This document shows, piece by piece, positions 47,148 to 54,208 of a stretch of DNA of 54,208 bases. The notes under the pieces are model-generated. The model was not told the origin of the DNA. It did no database searches and saw only the letters and a list, made by a program, of their open reading frames with translations. A program made the position numbers and the translations under genes. The stretch covers positions 1-54,208 of the forward strand of contig CALHWU010000164.1 of the NCBI GenBank assembly GCA_938039795.1, written 5' to 3'. Origin of the DNA: an uncultured Muribaculaceae bacterium (GTDB lineage Bacteria; Bacteroidota; Bacteroidia; Bacteroidales; Muribaculaceae). Position 1 is the first letter of the stretch. Each line of letters begins with the position of its first letter.

Positions 47148-48086
47148 TCAGTCGTCGGCTGTAGCCGCGAGGGTAAGTCCCACACGCTCCTGAAGGCCGA
47201 ACAGCAGGTTCATCACATGCACCGCAACTGCGGCCGATCCCTTCATGGAATCGTCGAGCACAGCCGAGACCACCACCTTCTGGCCGGTCTTCTGCACGTG
47301 GAGCAGACACTTGTTGGTGCCTCTGACCTCTCCGAGATCGGGGAAGCTCTCGCTGAGAAACGTAAAGCCGTGATCCTCATAGAACTCGTCGTACATATCC
47401 TTCAGCTCGTCCTCCGAGATAGGGGTGTCCATATAGATGGTGCATGCCAGCCCCCTGCTCCAGCCTCCGGCTATTCCCGTCAGCAATATCGGAGCTCCGA
47501 AACTCGACTGTAGCACACGCAGTGCCCGCTGCGTCTCGCCGATCTCCTCATGGTCGAGCACCACCGACACCTCGCCCGGACGCTCCGGGTTGCTCGGCGT
47601 CACCATATTTACGTGGATCGGAGCGTTGAGCAGCAGATTCTTGGCGAGCGGAAGGAGAGCGAGCAGCATGATATGGGCGAGCGGGCCCGGAACGGCTGCG
47701 CGCGTGGCTCCGCGCACCAGCGGCTTGCGGTTGAGCTCCGGCACGGCATATACCCACGGGCTGTCTTCGTCCTCCGGCGAACGGAAGTCGGGCGACAGGT
47801 CGATCACCTTCACGCCGTCGGGAACCGGCGTATGGCGCAGATAGCGCTCCGAATCGCCGTCGTCGCTGTTGCAGAGAAATATCACATTGACATCCTCGGG
47901 ATTTCCCTTGCGGCAGAAACTCATATAGGTTTCGCCCGTCAGTCCGCGGTGATGCCGGGCCAGCAGCTCCCCCTCCTCGGCAGGAGCCTCCACCCACACG
48001 AGCTCCACGTCGGGATGGTTGATGAGAATGCGTATAAGATGTCCGGCGGCAGTAGAGTCACCGCCCGTTATTCCGGCTTTAATCAT
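47148..48086 (-). CDS. argC: ArgC (N-acetyl-gamma-glutamyl-phosphate reductase) homologue with degenerate active site
   Basis: Full-length ArgC scaffold (LIRILINHPD, IDLSPDFR, PELNR, LLPLAKNLLL, TNKCL, MNLLFGL), but PGP replaces PGC and GGDSTAAG replaces GGAGYTAG. Confidence 0.85.
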   Translation of the reverse strand: MIKAGITGGDSTAAGHLIRILINHPDVELVWVEAPAEEGELLARHHRGLTGETYMSFCRKGNPEDVNVIFLCNSDDGDSERYLRHTPVPDGVKVIDLSPDFRSPEDEDSPWVYAVPELNRKPLVRGATRAAVPGPLAHIMLLALLPLAKNLLLNAPIHVNMVTPSNPERPGEVSVVLDHEEIGETQRALRVLQSSFGAPILLTGIAGGWSRGLACTIYMDTPISEDELKDMYDEFYEDHGFTFLSESFPDLGEVRGTNKCLLHVQKTGQKVVVSAVLDDSMKGSAAVAVHVMNLLFGLQERVGLTLAATADD

Positions 48087-48612
48087 AATTATCGGGAGAT
48101 TTTTCGCGCATATGTGCGTCGTAACGTTTTGTCAGCAGTTCTTCAGGCAGGATGCTTGCGAGTGTCGACAGTATCTTTGCCTTGGGAGCGTCGACCGTAA
48201 GGGCCACAAACACAGTGTCGGCCCCTGCGATAGTGCCCATGAAATATGGCGAATGCAGGTCGTCGATGTCGTAGGCCACTCCGCCGGCATAGCCGTTGCG
48301 GGTGCGTATGACCAGAAGCTGCCCGCTCATCGTCACAGATTCTATGGCGGCCCGGCTCACCATGCCTGCCGCACCCTGCTCCACATCCTTGTCGGGAGGG
48401 AGCACGCCTCCCATCACGTAGCGGTAACGCCCCATCTCGGTAGGTATCTTGGAGGTGCGCAATGTCTTGAGATCACGTGAGAGCGTGGCCTGGGTGACAT
48501 CATATCCGCCCTGCTGCAGCAACTCCAGCAGTTCGTCCTGGCTCCCTACTATATTGTTGAGCAGTATGTCGGCTATGGCCGTCAGTCGTTTCTGTCGCTT
48601 TTTCATTTGCAT
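48079..48612 (-). CDS. argR: Arginine repressor family regulator
   Basis: SQDELL, VTQATLSRDL (wHTH), GTIAGADT (canonical GTIAGDDT); start 48612 or 48606. Confidence 0.92.
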   Translation of the reverse strand: MQMKKRQKRLTAIADILLNNIVGSQDELLELLQQGGYDVTQATLSRDLKTLRTSKIPTEMGRYRYVMGGVLPPDKDVEQGAAGMVSRAAIESVTMSGQLLVIRTRNGYAGGVAYDIDDLHSPYFMGTIAGADTVFVALTVDAPKAKILSTLASILPEELLTKRYDAHMREKSPDNYD

Positions 48613-48632
48613 CAGATTGGGGATTAGATGCG

Positions 48633-48664
48633 CAAATGTAATATTTTTTTTAATTATATGCAAA
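48633..48664 (-). promoter_or_regulatory. argR promoter (TTTG-N20-TACATTTG)
   Basis: Exact Bacteroidetes -33/-7 consensus with 20-nt spacer; a partial ARG-box-like TGCATATAATT overlaps the -33 element. Confidence 0.75.
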
Positions 48665-48676
48665 TTCCATATCAAA

Positions 48677-48739
48677 GTAGCTACCGTAGCTACTTTAGCT
48701 ATTATAGCTATTTCAGCTGTTTCAGCTATTTCAGCTGCT
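48677..48739. repeat. Seven degenerate 9-bp tandem repeats (nnAGCTnyy)
   Basis: gtagctacc gtagctact ttagctatt atagctatt tcagctgtt tcagctatt tcagctgct. Confidence 0.9.
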
Positions 48740-49955
48740 CCCCCTCTGGACGCATGGAGACGCCTCTGGTAGCCACCAGCCCTATCACCAGCCCCACTGC
48801 CGCGATCATCGCCAGCACTACGATGATATCCGCTCCCGAGAGAGACACCGGATAGACCGTCACCGAAAGCTGCGACGGATCTCCGCCAAGCTTTATGAAG
48901 CCTCCCCACTCCTGGGCCAGGCAGAGCGCAACGCCGAGCGCGATTCCGGCCAGTCCTCCCGTCAGAGATATCAGCCAGCTCTCCCACATGAATATGCCGC
49001 GGATCATCCGCGGAGTGGCTCCCATGGCCGACAGCGTGGCCATGTTGTCGCGCTTCTCTATGATGAGCATAGACATGGTGGAGACGACATTGAACGACGC
49101 TACCACCACTATGAAGGCGAGCATCACGAACGTGATCCACTTCTCCACGGCGATCATCCTGAACGACTGCTCCTGCTGCTGCAGACGATCCTTCACCCTG
49201 TAGGCCGGACCGAGAGCGTCGCGGAGACGCGAAGCCGTGGCGCCCGCATCGGGGCGGTCGGTGCCGACGGCTATGGCTGATGCCTGGGTGGTATAGTCGA
49301 GCAGACAGCGCGCCACATGCAGCGGCACTATTACCCTGTCGGCGTCATATTCACTCTGCTCCAGCTCGTAGACTCCGCTCACTATCAGACTGTCGGCGCG
49401 GAACGATGCCATCGGATTGGCCTGGTTGACTCGGCCGCGGCGCCGCGGGACATACAGCCGCAGCATGGCCCTGAATCCCGGCCTCGCGGCCAGGCTGATC
49501 GCCGATCCTACGCTGAGAGTGGCGCAGCTGTAGTCGCCGTCGGCCTGAAGATACTCTCCGTCGATGATTATGTCGTCGATATCGGTCATATCTCCGAAGT
49601 CATCGGCCACGCCCATCATGGTGACCGGCATCTGACGGCCGTCGTAGACAGCGAGGGCACGCTCCTCCACTACCGGAAGAGCGCGCGCCACCCCCTCCAG
49701 AGCTCCGATCGCGGCCGCCAGCGAATCGGCGTCGGCTATGGTCTTGCCTTCGGCGGGTTCGATCCTCAGCTCCGGATCAAGCTTCGACAGACGGGAGGCC
49801 GCGAGCTCCGAAAACCCGTTGAACACCGACAGCACACACAGCGTAGCGGCAGTGGCTACGGCCACTCCGGCCACCGAAATGCGCGAGATGACGTTGACGG
49901 CGCCCATGCTCTTGCGCGAGAGCAGGTAGCGCACGGCGATCCTGAATGATTCCAT
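48726..49955 (-). CDS. LolC/E (FtsX-like) ABC transporter permease
   Basis: AVRYLLSRKS, VLSVFNGF, ASFNVVSTMSMLIIEKR, MGAT..IRGIF, YPV; downstream of rbfA. Confidence 0.88.
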   Translation of the reverse strand: MESFRIAVRYLLSRKSMGAVNVISRISVAGVAVATAATLCVLSVFNGFSELAASRLSKLDPELRIEPAEGKTIADADSLAAAIGALEGVARALPVVEERALAVYDGRQMPVTMMGVADDFGDMTDIDDIIIDGEYLQADGDYSCATLSVGSAISLAARPGFRAMLRLYVPRRRGRVNQANPMASFRADSLIVSGVYELEQSEYDADRVIVPLHVARCLLDYTTQASAIAVGTDRPDAGATASRLRDALGPAYRVKDRLQQQEQSFRMIAVEKWITFVMLAFIVVVASFNVVSTMSMLIIEKRDNMATLSAMGATPRMIRGIFMWESWLISLTGGLAGIALGVALCLAQEWGGFIKLGGDPSQLSVTVYPVSLSGADIIVVLAMIAAVGLVIGLVATRGVSMRPEGEQLK

Positions 49956-50022
49956 TGTCGGAACGATGTGTGTGATAATGGCGGCAGCGACGCGCTTCAG
50001 ACTATGGGAAAGGGCCGCGGCG

Positions 50023-50400
50023 TCAGTCTGCGGCGGGCAGTTCTTTCTCTTCGCCGGCAGGCTGCGAGGCGTCGAGCAGTGAGTCGATCTTCTCTATGTA
50101 GTCGAGCGAATCGTCGAGATAGAAAGCGAGCTCCGGAGTCTTGCGCAGCTGATGGCGCACCCGCTGTGCGAGCTCATAGCGCACGGTCTTCTGGCTCTGA
50201 TTGATGATGTCGATCACTTCCTGCGCCTTTGCGGAGGGGAACACCGACAGATAGGCCTTGGCTACGCTCAGGTCGGGCGAAACGCGTACTGCGCTCACCG
50301 ACACTATCACTCCGCGGGTCTTGGCTGTCTGCTGGCGGAAAATCTCGCTCAGCTCCTTCTGGAGCAGGCGGGCTATCTTGGCTTGACGTGTTGATTCCAT
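50023..50400 (-). CDS. rbfA: Ribosome-binding factor A
   Basis: MESTRQAKIARLLQKELSEIF, VSPDLSVAKAYLS, RKTPELAFYLDDS. Confidence 0.96.
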   Translation of the reverse strand: MESTRQAKIARLLQKELSEIFRQQTAKTRGVIVSVSAVRVSPDLSVAKAYLSVFPSAKAQEVIDIINQSQKTVRYELAQRVRHQLRKTPELAFYLDDSLDYIEKIDSLLDASQPAGEEKELPAAD

Positions 50401-50520
50401 AATTGTCAGTCGGTTTTATAATGATTATATGGCGGCATGCGGACCGCTCCGGCGGAGAGTCCGTCATGCTATGTATATATTCAACACCCGGCGCGGCCGT
50501 ATTGCTCACCACCGATGCTG

Positions 50521-50569
50521 AAAAAGGCCGGCGGCGCGTCAAAACACATGTAGTTTGACACACCGCCGG
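50521..50569 (-). terminator. Intrinsic terminator after secG
   Basis: Minus strand ccggcggtgtgtcaaa / tttgacgcgccgccgg stem (G-U wobbles valid on this strand) followed by ccttttt. Confidence 0.75.
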
Positions 50570-50616
50570 AAGTTTCGTCAGATAATACAGGGAGCTTTAC
50601 TCCCGAATGCCCGGCA

Positions 50617-50991
50617 TCACTCTGCCGCGGGAACCTCTGTTGCCGCGGGAGCATCGGCGGGCGCCGGAGCGGCGGCATCGGCTGCGGGCAGCTTGGTGTC
50701 ATAGCCGACAGGAGCTGTCTGCTCTACCGGAGCGGTAGCGTTGACGCGTGAGCCCGAACGCTGCAGAGCCGAAGGCATGAAGAAGGTGGAGAGCACGGCG
50801 AGCACGGCGATGGCACCTGCCAGAGTCCAGGTGACCTTCTCGATAAAACTGTTGGTGCGGCGCACGCCCATGATCTGGTTGGAGCCGGCGAACGACGACG
50901 ACAGGCCGCCGCCCTTGGATTTCTGGATCAATACCACTCCGATGAGCAGCACTGCGGCTATCAGAGTCAATACGATGAGAACTACGAACAT
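50617..50991 (-). CDS. secG: Preprotein translocase subunit SecG
   Basis: VLIQKSKGGGLSSSF, MGVRRTNSFIEKVTW; two TMs. Confidence 0.95.
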   Translation of the reverse strand: MFVVLIVLTLIAAVLLIGVVLIQKSKGGGLSSSFAGSNQIMGVRRTNSFIEKVTWTLAGAIAVLAVLSTFFMPSALQRSGSRVNATAPVEQTAPVGYDTKLPAADAAAPAPADAPAATEVPAAE

Positions 50992-51002
50992 AGTGTTGTT
51001 GT

Positions 51003-51773
51003 TTATTTCTGTTTTAGTTTATTGTTCAGTATGAGTTTCTGCAAAAAACGCAATTGGTCTGCAAAGTAAATACTTTTTTCCGGAAAATTCAAGCTTAACG
51101 TATGGATAATTTCATAAGCCTTCTCGTAACGGCGTCTTTTGATGTAGATTTTGGCCAGACTCTCGCTAAGCATAGAGTCGGGCGGCGGGGCCTGTATTGA
51201 CGACGTCTGACGCCCCGACGCGCGCGGCGGCTCCGGTGCATGATGGTCCACGGCATCCTGCTGGGCTTCGGCCGGCGCATATTTGTCGATGAAAGCATCC
51301 ATCAGACGATCCTGTTCGTCGTGCGGAGCCGGCATCGGCTCGTCGGGATGCTGCTCCTTCTCCTTGATGAGCACCTGCGAATAGTCGGCCACCGGATTGA
51401 ATATCAGCCGTTCGATAAGCGCCTCCTCGGCGGGGTCGATCGTGCCGTAGGCGTTGAGAAAGGTATCAATGGCGGTGTCGGTAGTGGGGGTCTGCGCCTC
51501 CGGAGCAGGAGGATAGAACCCTTCGAGACGTCGGCCTCCGTCGTCGGCCAGGCGCATCATCGCTGTGCGGTCGGCCATGCCGAGCGCCACTCTGGCGGCA
51601 AGCATGCGTCGTTCGTCGGAGTCGGCCGGAAGCCCCGCACGCTGCAGCCGTAGCGCGGCCGGGAGCACAAACCAGGGACAGCTGTCGGCCAGCGCCCCGA
51701 CAAGATCGGCCGTCGGAGCCTCCCCCGACGCCGCCACAGCCATAAATTTCTTGAGTTCGTTGCCGTCAGCCAT
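51003..51773 (-). CDS. Conserved TPR-like hypothetical protein upstream of secG
   Basis: SESLAKIYIKRRRYEKAYEII..LSLNFPEKSIYFADQ C-terminal motif; TGATG coupling to the LptE-family gene. Confidence 0.8.
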   Translation of the reverse strand: MADGNELKKFMAVAASGEAPTADLVGALADSCPWFVLPAALRLQRAGLPADSDERRMLAARVALGMADRTAMMRLADDGGRRLEGFYPPAPEAQTPTTDTAIDTFLNAYGTIDPAEEALIERLIFNPVADYSQVLIKEKEQHPDEPMPAPHDEQDRLMDAFIDKYAPAEAQQDAVDHHAPEPPRASGRQTSSIQAPPPDSMLSESLAKIYIKRRRYEKAYEIIHTLSLNFPEKSIYFADQLRFLQKLILNNKLKQK

Positions 51774-52324
51774 CACCAGTTGCCTAAAGTAGCGTTGAAT
51801 ATCTGTATGACGAGCTCATCGGAGATCTCTTCGCAGAGCTGATCCTGCACCTCCGTGAGCATCTGCGACGAGTCGAAGTCGCGATAGGCCGAGAAGGTCT
51901 GGTCTATGTCGTTGCCGTCCTTCTTGCTGTCGGTATATTTCACCCTGACCGATATGGTCAGGCGCGTCTTCGAGGCATAGGCGTCCTCGTTGACAGCCTG
52001 CGGGCTGAGCGAATAGCCCGTGATCTCCCCCTCCATCACCAGATCGGAATTGCCGTCGGTGGTCTGCAGGCGCGTATTGCGCTGCACGTAGTCGAGCAGC
52101 TTGTTCTCAAACGTCTGCTGCAGCGGCGGATACACCAGAGCGGCGCGGATCGGGAAATTGTCGATGCGCACCGTCTTGTAGACCGTATAGTCGAGCGCGG
52201 CCCCGTTGAGCTTGTAGCTGATGCGGCACGACGACCCTACTGCCAGAAGCAGCACGGCCGCGAGCGCCCTGACCGCCAGCATGCGGCATCGGTCGGCGAG
52301 AGTATGACGTCGGTATCTCTTCAC
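51773..52324 (-). CDS. lptE: LptE family lipoprotein
   Basis: Lipobox VGSSC; SYKLNGA, EGEITGY, RLTISVRV, IFNATLGNW; start GTG 52324 or ATG 52282. Confidence 0.75.
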   Translation of the reverse strand: MKRYRRHTLADRCRMLAVRALAAVLLLAVGSSCRISYKLNGAALDYTVYKTVRIDNFPIRAALVYPPLQQTFENKLLDYVQRNTRLQTTDGNSDLVMEGEITGYSLSPQAVNEDAYASKTRLTISVRVKYTDSKKDGNDIDQTFSAYRDFDSSQMLTEVQDQLCEEISDELVIQIFNATLGNW

Positions 52325-52371
52325 GGCTGCAAAGTTACGTCAAAAATCCCGCCCCCGCAAGCCTCCGCCCG

Positions 52372-53232
52372 TTATTTCGCCCCTATGGCCTCCCCCGTGA
52401 TATCCACCGCGATCGGACGCCGCTGCGAAGTGACGTAGACAAGCACGTTGCGCTTCACCGCTGTCGGCTTTCCTGCCTCGTAGCTGATGCGTATCAGCGC
52501 GCTGTCGCCCGCTGCAATCGGCGCCTGCGGCCAGTCGACAGCCGTGCAGTTGCACGAGGCGTGCACCTTCACTATCGCCATGGCCTCCGTACCGATGTTT
52601 TTTATCGTTACCGCCGTATCGCGCCGCAGCCTGTAGTCAAACCGACCGAGATCTATCTTCCGTGGCGTGATCTCGACCATGCCTGCCCCCGGGTCGGCGC
52701 TCTCCTTCATGCCTGTGATTTCAGCTATGAAGCGACGCCGCGCCTCCGGATCGGTCGACGGATCGCCATAGGCCGCCACCCGGCCGTCGGGCGCGAGCAG
52801 AGCGTGGCGCAGCCTCGCATTGTCATCCAGAGAGTTGACCGTGCGGAAACTGTCGGCCACATCAAACGCCACGTGTCGTCGGTAGCCGCAGTCGACCATA
52901 TCCGACCTGACACGCCGGCGAAGCGACGGAGCGAACACCAGCGCCACATTGACCCGACCGGGCGCCACGCTGTCGAGAGCATCGGCCAGTTCGGCCCATT
53001 CGCGCAGGGAGAAACGGCACTCCAGGCATCCCGACTCGTCATAATATCCTACGATTGTGAATCGTCCGGCAGGGAGAGCATAGGCGGTGTCTCTTTTCAC
53101 AGCCACCGAGCTAAACTCAAGCGAGCCCGGCAGCTCAAGGCGTTTAGGAGCGTCTGTCACCTCACCGCACCCCGCTGCAGCCAAAAGCAGCAGCGGGGCC
53201 ACGGCAAAGGCATAAAGTTTTTCGCGCCTCAT
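52372..53232 (-). CDS. DUF1573-domain lipoprotein with N-terminal thioredoxin-like CxxC region
   Basis: Lipobox AAGC; GCLECRF; C-terminal IDLGRF..KNIG..HASCNCT..PIAAGD Ig-like domain. Confidence 0.75.
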   Translation of the reverse strand: MRREKLYAFAVAPLLLLAAAGCGEVTDAPKRLELPGSLEFSSVAVKRDTAYALPAGRFTIVGYYDESGCLECRFSLREWAELADALDSVAPGRVNVALVFAPSLRRRVRSDMVDCGYRRHVAFDVADSFRTVNSLDDNARLRHALLAPDGRVAAYGDPSTDPEARRRFIAEITGMKESADPGAGMVEITPRKIDLGRFDYRLRRDTAVTIKNIGTEAMAIVKVHASCNCTAVDWPQAPIAAGDSALIRISYEAGKPTAVKRNVLVYVTSQRRPIAVDITGEAIGAK

Positions 53233-54208
53233 TTCCGCTTGAAATAGAATTTGGCGAGCATCGGATTGGCCTCCTCCACGTCGATATCCTCTAGACTCAT
53301 CCCTTCCGGCAGATAGTCTTTGTAATATTGAAAATGATCTGGGAAAACCACTTCCAGAATATAATCGTCGGTCATATCCTTTACGTTGCCTTGAAGCATT
53401 CCGCCGTTAAGGCCATCAAAAACATAGGGCCTGTCATCTTTCAAGTCATATAGTATTCTGTAACAAGTCAGCTCCAGATCTTTGGGAGGATTACTCTTAT
53501 CGAAGTCAGCATTCATCCTGACACGGACATAAGCATATCGATCTGTAACCTGATAGTTGCCAAAAAAACATCTAATTCCAAGATCTGAAAAAAATTCCCG
53601 ATCACGGCTCATATTCACTTCAGGATTGGAATCCAGCGGCTTGTCATATTTAACGAAAGTCTCTTCGGAGGTCATAATGTTTCCGAAATTCCATTCAAAC
53701 CGTTTTATAACCGTATCCGGACGGATCTCAAACACATTAGGCCCAAACATAAACCCTGCATAAAGCCTACCTTTGTATTCCGTGAGCACAGCATCAGCCC
53801 TAAGAATATCAATATTATGTACTGGAACCCGATGGTTGTGAAGCACGCGTGAGAAATCCTTGTCAACAAATGCGACAGGTGTATCATCCTCATCCCAGTC
53901 AGTGGATGTCCACGTCATCCAACATGTGTCATTATAGCTGACCAAATTCTGATAATTCCTGCGATACGCCAGACTATGCCTGTCAATAAACTTACCATCA
54001 GAAGCATAATCATAGACATAACCGAATGGACAAAGAATACTTATGTCGCCATTTGATTTATCTATATCGAAATCCGTGACATATATATACTCACCGGGGC
54101 CACGGCCTCTCCGACCGATGGAATTGACAAACGATCCGTCAGAATTGAATTTCAAAACCCTGTTGACATCAAACAGATAGATAAAACTATCCGTCTCAAT
54201 CACTCGTC
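53229..54208 (-). CDS. 6-bladed beta-propeller protein (5' truncated by window), low GC
   Basis: IGRRGRGPGEY signature, C-terminal EEANPML; ATGA overlap with the DUF1573 gene. Confidence 0.75.
   Translation of the reverse strand, partial: RVIETDSFIYLFDVNRVLKFNSDGSFVNSIGRRGRGPGEYIYVTDFDIDKSNGDISILCPFGYVYDYASDGKFIDRHSLAYRRNYQNLVSYNDTCWMTWTSTDWDEDDTPVAFVDKDFSRVLHNHRVPVHNIDILRADAVLTEYKGRLYAGFMFGPNVFEIRPDTVIKRFEWNFGNIMTSEETFVKYDKPLDSNPEVNMSRDREFFSDLGIRCFFGNYQVTDRYAYVRVRMNADFDKSNPPKDLELTCYRILYDLKDDRPYVFDGLNGGMLQGNVKDMTDDYILEVVFPDHFQYYKDYLPEGMSLEDIDVEEANPMLAKFYFKRK

Noticed and set aside
48677..48739. Repeat array as a CRISPR
   Set aside because: Contiguous 9-bp units with no spacers and no cas genes
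48613..49140. Apparent 176-aa N-terminal extension of ArgR
   Set aside because: Overlaps the lolE-like gene out of frame and runs through the 9-bp repeat and the argR promoter; the true start is 48612 or 48606

Overview
High-GC (about 60%) Bacteroidales chromosome segment, most like Muribaculaceae. It is mostly housekeeping and host-glycan genes. In order: end of the his operon (hisB'-H-A-F-IE); a sialic-acid locus (nanT-nanL-nanE plus an esterase/mutarotase fusion); a frameshifted Fe-ADH; recR; a 624-bp AT-rich intergenic region (oriC candidate, with a REP-like element); panC-panD-ffh-folD-capA-like-glsA-like-sulfatase; a bile-salt-hydrolase-like enzyme; nfo; an orphan phage-type membrane protein; tsaD-cinA; an S9 peptidase; a GH2-GH27-GH95 cluster; amgK/rapZ-murU; tatAC; a glsB-like gene and an envelope operon; a tandem SGNH esterase; a beta-propeller lipoprotein; a DcaP-like porin; argR-argC; lolE-like, rbfA, secG and lptE; and a low-GC beta-propeller gene at the right edge. 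I saw no rRNA, tRNA, CRISPR array or transposase. The most unusual item is an intact, translationally coupled argR-argC pair. This ArgC lacks its catalytic Cys and its dinucleotide- and substrate-binding motifs, and this ArgR lacks one arginine-binding Asp, so the pair is a candidate repurposed regulator/pseudoenzyme module. Also notable are a shared AAC-N17-TGTT ECF-type promoter motif upstream of three secreted-protein genes and several apparently leaderless genes. Family assignments come from recalled motifs, not database searches.
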